57,392 bases of DNA from Prorocentrum cordatum. Lineage: Eukaryota. Positions 22,486 through 33,911 of this stretch are shown in pieces. How positions within the stretch are numbered: position 1 is the stretch's first letter; the number at the start of each line of letters is the position of its first letter. The notes under the pieces were generated by a model that was not told the origin of the DNA, did not search any database, and worked only from the letters and a program-made list of their open reading frames with translations. Position numbers and translations under genes: made by a program. Location of the stretch: assembly GCA_963575745.1 (NCBI GenBank), contig CAUYUJ010000032.1, positions 62,001 to 119,392 on the forward strand, given 5' to 3'.

Positions 22486-22723
22486 TTGCGTAACATATAT
22501 TGCACCGAATTAACCGCGCACCACACATCGTGCACCGCATTCACCGCGCACCACAGATATTGCCTCACCACATATATAGCACCACATCTTTTGCACAACA
22601 AAGATCGCACAATCTAGATTGCAACACCTATATTGCACCACGCTGGTTGTTCCACATATACGGCGCGACACATACAGTTATTCACACTGGTTGAGGTCCA
22701 CGCGGGCGAAACCATATTTGTTT

Positions 22724-22767
22724 GTATGTATGTATGTATGTATCTATGTATGTACACATATACATAC

Positions 22768-22829
<62 letters not shown>

Positions 22830-22940
22830 GTGTATATGTATGTGTATGTGTATGTATGTATGTATGTATGTACGTATGTACGTATGTATGTATGTATGTA
22901 TGTTTGTATGTATGTACACACACATATATATGTATATATA
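22724..22940. repeat. (TATG)n/(TA)n microsatellite
   Basis: Direct reading. Confidence 0.95.
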
Positions 22941-24280
<1,340 letters not shown>

Positions 24281-24347
<67 letters not shown>

Positions 24348-24365
24348 GTTATATATATATGTATA
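24281..24365. repeat. (TA)n microsatellite, 5' flank of the LINE
   Basis: Direct reading. Confidence 0.97.
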
Positions 24366-24387
24366 TCCGTAGCCATTTTGGCTCAAG
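24366..24387 (+). other. Perfect dinoflagellate spliced leader TCCGTAGCCATTTTGGCTCAAG
   Basis: 22/22 match to the DinoSL consensus; followed by CCAAGG rather than the GT donor of an SL RNA gene. Confidence 0.97.
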
Positions 24388-24514
24388 CCAAGGCAGAGCT
24401 CAAGGCAAACCTGAGCCTCTCACTTTTCGGTCCGCCGATAGCTTCCCCTCGCGCGGTTCATTCCGCCACAAGCCAAAATGCAATTACATATTTGTCTTCG
24501 GGCGCTTTGCTGCG

Positions 24515-25469
24515 ATGGCCAACGTCGCCGGTCGTCCCAAGCGCGGTCGCGATGCCGGTTCCGCTGGGGCCGCAGACTTGGACATCGAGGACGGCGCGGA
24601 CGACCCGTTCGAGGCTTTCCGGTCGGAGATGTTGGGCCACGTGGGCGCCGCTGTCAAAGCATTCGCCGACAAGTCCATGGCCGCCACAGTCAAGCTGGTC
24701 AAGGCGACGGAGGAGAAGTGCGAGCGTCGCGTCCAAGGCCTGGAACGCGATCCTGCTGATGCGCGCCGGGCCCAGGCTGAGATCGAACACGCGCAGCAGG
24801 AACAGCGGGGGGCGTGCCGTCGCTGTCGCGGAGGCCACCGTCCCCATCAAGGACACCCTCGACCTCTCGGAATTCAACCGGCAGGTGGACAGCGCGATCT
24901 TGCGCCTCAACGTTCCAGAGCCCACGACCAAACTCGAAATCAAGACTGCCATCCGTTCTTGGCTTCATGATGCCGATTGCGGTTCTGATGATGGGGCTGT
25001 TCTTCTTGGTCCTTGCACCGGGAAGCGTTTTACAGTGTAGTTCAAGGGGAATGCCAGTCTCGCGGAGAATCGGGCTCGCAATTCTCGCGGAATACTCAAA
25101 ACCAATGCCGGCGAAGGGAGACCTTTCCCAAACTACAAGATTATATCTGGAGCCGCGCTCTCGACCATCTACATCGATTTCGACAGGAACCCCCGTCAGC
25201 AGAACCGTGGGCGCGATGGCAAGCGTCGTCGCCAAGCTCTCCAGCACGTGTGCCCTAATAAGCACTTCGCTTGGAACAAGGTTGACGGCCTTATCAAGTT
25301 CGACGGCGTCCCTTTGGCGATGCTGGAGCCACGCAGCGACGACAGCCCGTCCCACGTGCAGTGGAATTCGCATCAACTTGATGCCGTACAAGTCGTGCGC
25401 GAGACTGTTCGGCCCGAGTTTGAGAGCCGAGCCCGCCGGCCTGCGCAGCAGGTCGCGTGGTCTGGGTAG
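24515..25469 (+). pseudogene. LINE ORF1 (coiled-coil-like N-half), frameshifted
   Basis: MANVAGRPKRGR...EKCERRVQGLE, continuing in other frames ...FNRQVDSAILRLN... to QQVAWSG*; in-frame stop at 25038-25040. Confidence 0.75.
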
Positions 25470-28400
25470 CAGGGTTGCGCCCCCGTGGAAGCTTTCGCCT
25501 ACTTCGGTCGGCTTTGTCTCCTGGAACGCTCGTGCTCTTTGCCGCCACCTCCCCCGCCGTCGTCTTGTGACAACTCGTATTATCCAAGACCTTCTTCGTT
25601 CCCCTGACCGTATTCAGCATGTTGTTGCTCTCGAAGAAATACACGGCACTCCTGAAAAGGTTTCTCGCTTACTTTTTTCCTCTTCTCGGCCGCTGCAAGA
25701 TCTTCCATTCTTTCGCGCCCAGTGACGCGGCCAGCTACAAGGCGGACGAAGGTTCTGTCGTAACGCTCGTTCCGGCTCCCCCTCCTGGCTCCGACGTCAT
25801 ATTTGCCTCTTCCTCTCCGGTCCCCGGGCGCATTTTACGTGTTACTTCTTTCTGGAGTCCCCAAACGGTGCGGTGACGGACCGTGCGGTGACCTCGAAAT
25901 CCCCCAAAACCTCACCGCACGGTCCGTCACCGCACGGTCCGTCACCGCACGGTCCGTCACCGCACGGCCCCCGTCGCCCGAGACATCCTCGGAGAAGGAC
26001 TCGAGTCCCAAAACCGTGCGGTGACCCGGAATCCCCACCGACTCACCGCACGGTGTGATCACCACCCCGTTTGGGGGCCCCCGATTCTTCCATTGGTGGT
26101 TGCACTTGGGTGCACTGGAATATCCATAACTACGGTCTGACATGCGCGGACGTCCAGCGCGCCTCGGCGATGGTCGGCCGCGACGCGGCTGTCGTTCAGG
26201 CTGATCCGCGCAACAACTTTGTGATACCTTCTGGCGTCTTCAACTTTCCCGCGCCTGGCGATTTCCGACGATCTTTCTCGGACCATGGTTCAACCGCGCT
26301 CTCTCACCACAGCCTCCCTGCGGCGGGCCCCCGACAGGCAGCTTGGCAGAGCATGCTGGACCAGTTCGCGGAGATGCACCAACCTTTCGACGCGCATTTG
26401 AACTCTACTACATCATCTACTGGCCGGTTGGATCGGCTTTACGTTGCTTCGCCCGCGTGGCTTGTCCTACAGCTCGGGCTGCACGCGAAGTTGCTGCGTG
26501 ATCCTTTCCTTTGCCATCAACAGGAGATCAGCGATCATGCCCCCGTCGCTTTCTTCTTCACTTATCGCACCCCACTTCCGCAGCATCTTCGACCTATTCC
26601 TCGGCATATTGTTGATCGTCCTCTGCTTTCTGCGAATCTCGCATTGCTCTTGGATGCCACTGACCTCGATTACTTCTCTGTGCCATTGCGCCTGGCGGAG
26701 TTCAAGCGCCTAGTCAGAGTTGCAGCGCAGATCGCCAGGAAGAAACTACTCGCCCTACCCGATGCGGGGCCTGACGCTCGTGCTTCCGCGTGCTCATCAG
26801 TCGCGCGGGCTGTCTGGCACACTGGCGCCCGGTTCGCGTTCACCTTGTTTGGGGGCTCGGAGCTTGCCCGGCAACATCTCGGCGTCGAGAGCGGCCAGGT
26901 CGTTTTGCGTGATCCCTCCGCATTCGCTTCCTTGTGCGCCGACGTCAGGTACGCAGCTTTGGAGCGACGGTTTCGCGAACCAGCTGCGCCTTCTACCCCG
27001 TTGCGGGCGAGTCGTCGCAGACGCGCCGCTTTCGACAGACTCCGAAAGATCTTGTCGCTTTTCGGCAAGCAGTGCCACATCGCCGCCATCCGCTGCGGCG
27101 ACAAGACCATCGAGGAGGAGGGCGATCAGATGAAGACGCTCGCGCAAGCATGGGGGCCGGTATTTTCTGCAGTGACCCCTGTCAACACAGATTTTGCTCG
27201 CTCGGTTGCTTCGCGTTTCTCTTCCGATTTCTCCATGGACGATTACAGTGGTCCGCCATCTTCAATAGACATTCGCAGATTTCTTCGACATGTTCGGCAT
27301 GCGGCGCCAGGTATTGATGGTATTCCCTATTGCTTGGTTGCGTGCCGGACCTCGTGCGTGGACCCTTCTCCATCAAGTGGGCGCTTGGATGTCTTCCGGC
27401 CTGCACCTCCCAATCGGTTTCAATGACGCCCTCGCCATCTTCGCCCCGAAGGGCTCCGAGGAAGACGATGACCGTGCAGTTGTTCGGGGGCCCATGTGCT
27501 TTCGACCGATCGGGCTCAAGAACTCAGACGTCAAGATCATTAGCGGATCCGTCCACTCATCCATCAAAAACGCAGTCGCGGAGAAAGCTTCCCGCCTTCA
27601 AAATGGATTTAGTACTGGGCGAAATTCTGTGAACAACATCGTGGATCTTGATGCCCATGGTAGGGCATGCGCTTTGCAGCCAACCCCTCGCTGTCCATTT
27701 CTTCTCTTCACAGACTTCGGATGCGCTTTTTCTTCATGATTCACCAGTGGCTGTTCATCGTTGCTTCGGCCAGTCGGTTGCCGCAAGGCTTGATCAACGT
27801 CATTCGGGTCGTCCACGCGTCAGTTGTTGCAGTCGGGCGCTCTGGCGCCAAGATCGCGAACTTGTTTCTCATTTTACGTGGAGTCGTCCAGGGGTGTCCT
27901 CTGGCCAGCTTCTGCTCGTCCTTGCCTTTGACCCTTTCTTGAATTGGTTTGATCATGCCATTGTTTTCGGCAGGCCGGGGTATCGTGCGCGCCTGCGCTG
28001 ACGACGTTGGCTCTGCTTTTTCATCTTTGGATGTTCTCCCTACTATGGCAAGCATCTTCAGGTTTGCCAAACTCTTGGCAGGACCCACCCTCAAGTTCCG
28101 CAAGTGCTGTCCGGTCCCAGTGCGCCCTTGGTCGGATGACCTTGCAACGATGATCCGCACTTGGATTGCAGAGCGCATTCCCAACTGGATCGACATCGCG
28201 ACTGCGCCGGCTGCAAAGTATCTTGGGGCTCATCTGGGGACCACCGTCGGCGACCTCATGTGGCGCGCGCCTGCAGAGAAGTACCGCTCCCGGGTCGCCA
28301 TGATCGCTGCCACAGGTGCCCATCCTACTCCGGCGACCATTCGTTGCAACATCCATGCTCTACCTACTTTGTGATATCTTGGTCAATTTGCCCTCCCTCC

Positions 28401-29396
28401 CAAGCGCCTCTTTCGTCGAGAGCTTTGTGCCCTTCGTCGTCTCCTTCGCATTCCCCCAATTTTTCCCTCGCGAGGACATGTTCAGTCTGCATATTTGGGG
28501 TTCGGTGTCAATCGATAGCATGTTGGTCGACCTTATCTCGCGGTTGGTCCGAGCTTCTTTAACAGCGAGTACAGGTTGGCAAGCAAATTTGGATTCTCTT
28601 CGCGCTGCAGCTGCGGAGCATCTCTCTGTGATCGACGTTGCGGCCGGAGTGTTACCCCCTCGCCATTGGGACTCTGCTCCCATAGCTTTGATCCTGCACG
28701 ATGCCTCCGAAGGACTACCCAACCACAGCATTGTGGGCAGTATCTTGCCACCCATTGTTGCCGAGGCTCGCCATTTACTGCGGGGCCGACGCCGCCTGGC
28801 TGATCCAGCCGGCTGTCCAAAGGCGCAGATACAACGCTTTATCGCAGAGAAGCTTCGGTTGGCATTGCTGTCGGATTCTATTCCGGTTCTAATTGCACGT
28901 CTTTCTCGCCCTGCGTGGCCAAGCGTACCGAAGGGGCATATTTGATGCGCATGGCGTACGTCTTCTTACGCAGTCACTTTCCCCAGCATGGTCAGCAGCG
29001 ATCCTGAAGACTTGGGCCAATGCGTGGACAACCAGTGCTCGCCTCCACCTGGATGTCGTATCGCCATGTGTTTTCGGATGTGTGGGGTGTCTGGACGAGT
29101 TAAAGTATTATTTACTCTGTGTGCCGCTTTGGTCGATGGTTCTGGCCGCTGGAACACCAGGCCCCGGAGATGCAGTTCAACGAGCGGCTGACGCCCGACC
29201 AAGTCTTCCACTGCGGCTATTTCTTCTGGCGCCTACTCACACCAACGCGCACCAGCTGGTAACGGCTTGCCTGGCTTACCACGCCGTTCGCCATCTTGAA
29301 CCCCGCGTTCAACGTGACGGGCCGGCTTTACTTCGTGAACTTTGCGCTGCTTGGCTTCAGGCTACAACTACGGCGTCCAGAACATGGAGACTCTGA
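25470..29396 (+). pseudogene. LINE ORF2: AP endonuclease, reverse transcriptase and C-terminal Cys motif; multiple frameshifts and a MITE insertion
   Basis: APE: SWNARAL, VALEEIHG, GRLDRLY, ISDHAPV; RT: APGIDGIPY, FRPIGLKNSDVKI, QNGF..GR, TDFGCAF, RGVVQGCPL, ACADD, KYLG; C-terminal CVFGC...LLC. Confidence 0.9.
25851..26084. mobile_element. MITE with TC(G/T)GG...CCCCGA termini, 5-bp TSD TTCTT and internal 15-bp TCACCGCACGGTCCG repeats
   Basis: TSD at 25846-25850 and 26085-26089; removing it restores the ORF2 frame (RVTSSIGGCTWVHWNIH). Confidence 0.9.
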
Positions 29397-29469
29397 TCCT
29401 GATATGAGCTGGCCGCGCCCGGCTCCAACGTCACACACATATATATATATCTATATATAACAGTGCGTT

Positions 29470-29591
29470 TGTTGAAGATCCTCCCCATCATGCTCTCTAC
29501 TCTTCTGTATTCTATCTTCTTTTTCTTACTCTTACTTTGCTTTGCGCAATAGCCGTTTCAGCTTCGAGGAAAAATGGATTTTTCTTCATCG
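29470..29591 (+). repeat. 5' LTR
   Basis: tgttgaag...catcg; 7 mismatches to the 3' LTR by eye. Confidence 0.95.
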
Positions 29592-30095
29592 TGGCAGCGG
29601 AGCTCTGAGAGCTCAGCTCTGCGATCCACGGCAACGAGTTCGCGGTCAGACCCGCGGGCGCCACCTTGGCGCCAGCAGCGGGCGCCTACTCCGCCATCTT
29701 GGTCGCGGTCAGCCTCGCGGCCGAGGTTGCCGCCGCCGCCGCCGCCGCCGCCTGTGCCCCTTGCGGGGCGGCCTCGGCCGCCAGCGCCGCGGGGGGAGCC
29801 CGAGGAGTTCTCGGCTTTAGGCCCAGGCTTCGGACAGGCTTCGAGGAACCTCGCGGTGCAGAGGCGGATCTTGGAACAGTTCCCCTCGCAGGGCGTGGTG
29901 CGGCCAGGGGCGGCCAGCTACGTGGCCAAGAAGAGGAGCCGCGGCCAGCGCCCTAGGGGAGAGCGTCGCACGCAGGAGGCCCTCCAGAGAAGAGCATTGA
30001 AAGGTTCTGTGCTCAGAAAGGTGGACAGCGGCGAAGAGCTCACGGAGGAGGAAAAGACCTTCTACCACAAGTGGGTGAGGGAGCTCCTTGGGTGA
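29574..30095 (+). CDS. Extra leader ORF ('ORF0', 173 aa; Pro-rich then basic), unknown function
   Basis: ATG lies inside the LTR; protein-like C-half ...LRKVDSGEELTEEEKTFYHKWVRELLG. Confidence 0.4.
   Translation: MDFSSSWQRSSESSALRSTATSSRSDPRAPPWRQQRAPTPPSWSRSASRPRLPPPPPPPPVPLAGRPRPPAPRGEPEEFSALGPGFGQASRNLAVQRRILEQFPSQGVVRPGAASYVAKKRSRGQRPRGERRTQEALQRRALKGSVLRKVDSGEELTEEEKTFYHKWVRELLG
29592..29603 (+). promoter_or_regulatory. Putative primer-binding site TGGCAGCGGAGC
   Basis: Starts with TGG immediately after the 5' LTR. Confidence 0.65.
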
Positions 30096-30248
30096 GGGAC
30101 CTCCGCAGGGGCGCCATAGAGCACTGTGAGCGCAACAACGACCCACGGGTGCGAGCCAGCGCTCTCTTTCGCGTGCTGAAGGTCGCCGCTGGGAACGACG
30201 ACGCTTACGAGCACTACTTGACGCACGGCTGGTCCACCGCTTGCGACA

Positions 30249-31964
30249 ATGGCGATGGGGGAGGTGCTGGCGAGGCTCGCAGCCATGGAGGCTCAGCTCC
30301 AAGCAGTGAGCACAGAGAACCAACAGCTGCGGGCGGACCTCGCCGCAGCAGAAGCCTTTCGGGCAGGCGCAAGCAGCGCGGCGCAGACCGAGAGGAGGGA
30401 GCCAGACGACGAGGCGCGGAGGCTGGCAGCCGGGGCCGTGGACACCCGGGTCCTGAACAAACCCAGGATGTTCAGCGGAAAAGAGTCCGACTGGGCTCTG
30501 TTCAGCCTCGTGTTCCGCGCGTACGTGGGGGCCATCTCGCCGAGGATGCAGTCCCTGCTCCGGCGCGCTGAGGACTTGCAGCAGTCCATAGAGCGCGGAG
30601 ACTTAGCCCGGGGCGACGACGCCCTGGACAAGCAGCTGTATTACATCATCACTCTGATGGTGGAGGGCAACGCGCTGCTGAAGGTCAAGAAGGTGAGCGA
30701 GGGGGAAGGGCTGAAGCTGTGGGGGCTCCTGGCGCATGACTACGAGCCGAAGCAGTTCAAGAGCCGGCGGATGGTGCAGTGCCAGGCCGTTCTCGCTGAC
30801 GTCTGGGTAGTCTTAGACAAGTTTGAAGACTTAGTCAAGGAGTACGAAAACGGGTCCGGGAAGACCGTAGACGACGAAACGAAGGCTGGTGTGATTCTCC
30901 GTGCGTTAGCCAACGGAGACGCAGACCAGCGGGATCTGTCGAAACATCTCGTTCTGAACTGCAATCGGATCGAGACGTGCGAGCAGATCAAGCAAGAGTT
31001 GCGGGAAATCGTCGGCGCGAACCGGTTTCTCGGGCGGTCTGCGGGCGGTCTGCACGCTCTTGCTAAAGGGAGCCCGAAGGGGGTCGGACGAGGACAGGCT
31101 GGCGGGAAGGGCGGCGACGGTAAGTTGCAGCTTGCCATCAAGTTTTCGGGCGACTGTTGGGCTTGCGGCAAAACCGGCCACAGGGCCAGCGAGTGCCGGA
31201 GCAGCCCGGCAGCCAAGGCCAAGGCGAAACCAGCTGGGAAGGCAAAACAGAAGGCGGCAGCCAAGCGTTTTGCTGGGAACTTTTCGGGAAACTGCGACTA
31301 CTGCGGCAAACCAGGCCACAAGGCCGCAGACTGCCACAAGAAGCGCGCGGACGTCGCAGGAGCAACTAGGACAGGCACTGGGGAGCCGAGCAAGAAACGC
31401 ACTCGAGCAGAGATTTCCCATCTCGAACAGCAGCTGGCGGCGCTTTCGCTGCAGGTGCAGGGCCTTTCTGGGTCGTCATCCGGGGCGGCGGGGCTTTCGG
31501 AGGTGGGGAGTCTTGGGATCTCGGCAATCGAGGCTAGCGAGGTATCTGCTGTGTCGTACTCGCGGTCAGACCCGCGGGTTACGATTGGTCTCGGCAGCGG
31601 CGCGGAGATAACCGTCTGGCCCCCAGAGCTGGTCCCAGAAGTCCCAACCAAGGACTCCCCAGAGTCCCGCCGCGGCGTGAAGTACTACGGCCCTGGGGGC
31701 ACCGTCGCGCCGTCCTTGCCGAACCTCGGGAAGAGGGTGTACGAGTTAGACATTGGTGGTGTTCGCAGGCATGCTAATGTTCACATCGTCCCAGTCCGCA
31801 AACCTTTGTTAGCACTGTGTGATTTAGAAGATCACGGTCACGATGTTTTCTTCGTCGACGGTCGTCGGTGGGCTCGTCGCAGGGAGTCGGGCGAAGTCTT
31901 GGAGATGCATCGTAGAGGGGGCAGGTATGAGCTCGACGCAAGAGTCATCCTGCCGTCAAACTGA
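30249..31964 (+). CDS. gag: Copia Gag with two CCHC zinc knuckles plus aspartic protease (catalytic Asp replaced by Gly)
   Basis: KPRMFSGKESDW; CWACGKTGHRASEC; CDYCGKPGHKAADC; IGLGSGA in place of LDSGA; VRKPLLAL. Confidence 0.9.
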   Translation: MAMGEVLARLAAMEAQLQAVSTENQQLRADLAAAEAFRAGASSAAQTERREPDDEARRLAAGAVDTRVLNKPRMFSGKESDWALFSLVFRAYVGAISPRMQSLLRRAEDLQQSIERGDLARGDDALDKQLYYIITLMVEGNALLKVKKVSEGEGLKLWGLLAHDYEPKQFKSRRMVQCQAVLADVWVVLDKFEDLVKEYENGSGKTVDDETKAGVILRALANGDADQRDLSKHLVLNCNRIETCEQIKQELREIVGANRFLGRSAGGLHALAKGSPKGVGRGQAGGKGGDGKLQLAIKFSGDCWACGKTGHRASECRSSPAAKAKAKPAGKAKQKAAAKRFAGNFSGNCDYCGKPGHKAADCHKKRADVAGATRTGTGEPSKKRTRAEISHLEQQLAALSLQVQGLSGSSSGAAGLSEVGSLGISAIEASEVSAVSYSRSDPRVTIGLGSGAEITVWPPELVPEVPTKDSPESRRGVKYYGPGGTVAPSLPNLGKRVYELDIGGVRRHANVHIVPVRKPLLALCDLEDHGHDVFFVDGRRWARRRESGEVLEMHRRGGRYELDARVILPSN

Positions 31965-31990
31965 GACGGGCTGGCCTGGCCGTAAGTCCC

Positions 31991-33355
31991 GTGGAGGAGG
32001 CAGGCTCAGGTGCTCCAACGGTCGCGGGTAGCTCCGCGGCCCCTCCGGCAGCACTAGCAGCGGGGCCTCATGTTTCACAGTCAGTTTCACCAGGTGGCTC
32101 GGCGGACGGCCCCGCGAGCGCACCTGTGCCGGCCGCAGGGCCGAGGGCGCCAGCGGGCAGCCCCGCGGGCCAAGGAGGGGATTGCGGCGCTCATCTCCAG
32201 TCTCACATGGCCAACGCTGGAGGCGGGGTCATTCGAGCTCCCCCCTCCCAAAGTCTTCCTTCGGCGGAGGAGATTGCAAGGCGTAATGTTGATCATTGTC
32301 CGTGGCAGAGTTGGTGTAGATCGTGCGTGGCTGGTTGTGGGAAGGCAGACAGTCATTTTAGGCGGGAGAGCGACGATCTGAAAATGCCTTGTGTCTCTTG
32401 TGATTACTGTTTCATGGGGGAGTCGGTGGAGGAGGAGAGGATGTGTGATCGATGTTTATTTATAATTGTACATAAGTTTTTTCCAGGATAGGTGGTTGAC
32501 GTCACATGTTGTGAGGCGCAAAGGAGTAGATGAATGGGCCGTCAAAGTCACGGCGCACGACCTGGAGCAGAGTGGTCTGCAGCACTTCATCTACAAGTCA
32601 GACGGCGAAAACGCCATCAAGGTGCTCAAGACCGCAGCCGTCGAAGAACTTCGATCCAAATGTGGGGAGGCCATCACAGTTAAGATGGAGGAGAGTGGGG
32701 CCAGGGAGTCTCAACAAAATGGTGTGGTGGAGAGGGCCATCTGGGAGGTAGAGTCCAAAACCCGGACTCTGGTCCATGCGGCCCAGGAGTTCCATGGAGT
32801 AAAACTTCCTTTAACTCATCCTGTCCGTGTTTGGCAGTGGAGTACGCCTCACAGGTCATCGACAGAGGTCAAAAGGCTTTGAAAGATGGCCGCACCGCGT
32901 ACGAGCTGAGGAAAGGCAGACCGTACCGTCGCAAACTTCCAGCCTTTGCAGAAGCAGTGATGTTTCTGAGAGTAGCAGAGAAGCGGCAGAGGCGCAAATT
33001 CGAAGACCGATGGGAGACGGGAGTCTACCTTGGACTGGTAGAGCGCTCAAACATGGTCTTGATCGGGACGCCACAGGGTGTCCGGAAGGTGAACTGCGTC
33101 AAGAGATTGCCGCCGGTCCAGGCTAAAGACCCGGAGCTGGTGAAGGCCATCAGGGGGTATCCGTGGAGCCACTCCGAGGGTGTCGACGCGGAGGAGCCGG
33201 GGGGCGCGCCCGTGATGGCGGCGACGGAACCAGTCGTGCCTGAGTCGGAATTACCACCACACCTGCCACCGCCACCAGCGGCACCTTGGGTCCCGAGGCG
33301 CGTATACATTTTCAGCTTTTGGTCACAAGCCGAGGGCGCACACACAAGAGTGTAG
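31991..33355 (+). pseudogene. Copia integrase, frameshifted near 32480 and 32830
   Basis: HCPWQSWCRSC; DDE core CDYCF / KSDGE / QNGVVERA; TAYELRKGR; RWETGVYLG. Confidence 0.88.
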
Positions 33356-33911
33356 GAAAAGGATCGAAGACGCCATGGCTCAAGATACCGAGCTTGGCGT
33401 CCGTCTGGAGGAGGCGGAGCCGCACAGGGGGGCAGCAGGCGTCCCGGGGGCGCGAGCAGCGCCAGGGGAAACCCTGGAGCCTGGAGAGGTTTTGGGGCCA
33501 GACAGCACAACGGAGGAGCCTTCGCGGGAAGCCCCGCGGACGGCGCATAGGCAGGAGCAGGGGGAACCTTCGCGGGAAGCACCGCGGACAGCACCAAGGG
33601 AGGAGCAGGGAGGTATTGATTCGCAGCAGCCGAAGCGGCTCATCAATATGCCTGCTAGTAGACCGTCGCGGGGAGCGCCGCGGCTGTCTGCACCAGGCGC
33701 AGGAGGGGAGCCGGCAGCAGCGGCAGCCGATTCTGGGGTGACAGCTTCGGCTACAGCAGGGCCGGCTGCACCGCTAAGGCCTGGCAGCGTCGAGGCTGCG
33801 CTGGCCGGGTCAGAGCCAGTGTTGGTTCGAGACGGCGACAAAGGATAATCGCTTGGTAACGCAGACCCCAGCGCCGCGGATAGGCCAGTTCCTGGTCTAG
33901 ACGAGGACGAC

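Larger units (their letters stand above)
24366..29459 (+). mobile_element. Full-length decayed non-LTR retrotransposon (L1/Tx1-like, APE + RT) capped by DinoSL
   Basis: SL, 5'UTR, ORF1, ORF2, short 3'UTR, then (CA)(TA)n at 29432-29459. Confidence 0.9.

Noticed and set aside
24366..24430. SL RNA gene
   Set aside because: No GT donor or SL intron follows the 22-mer; it runs directly into the LINE 5' UTR.
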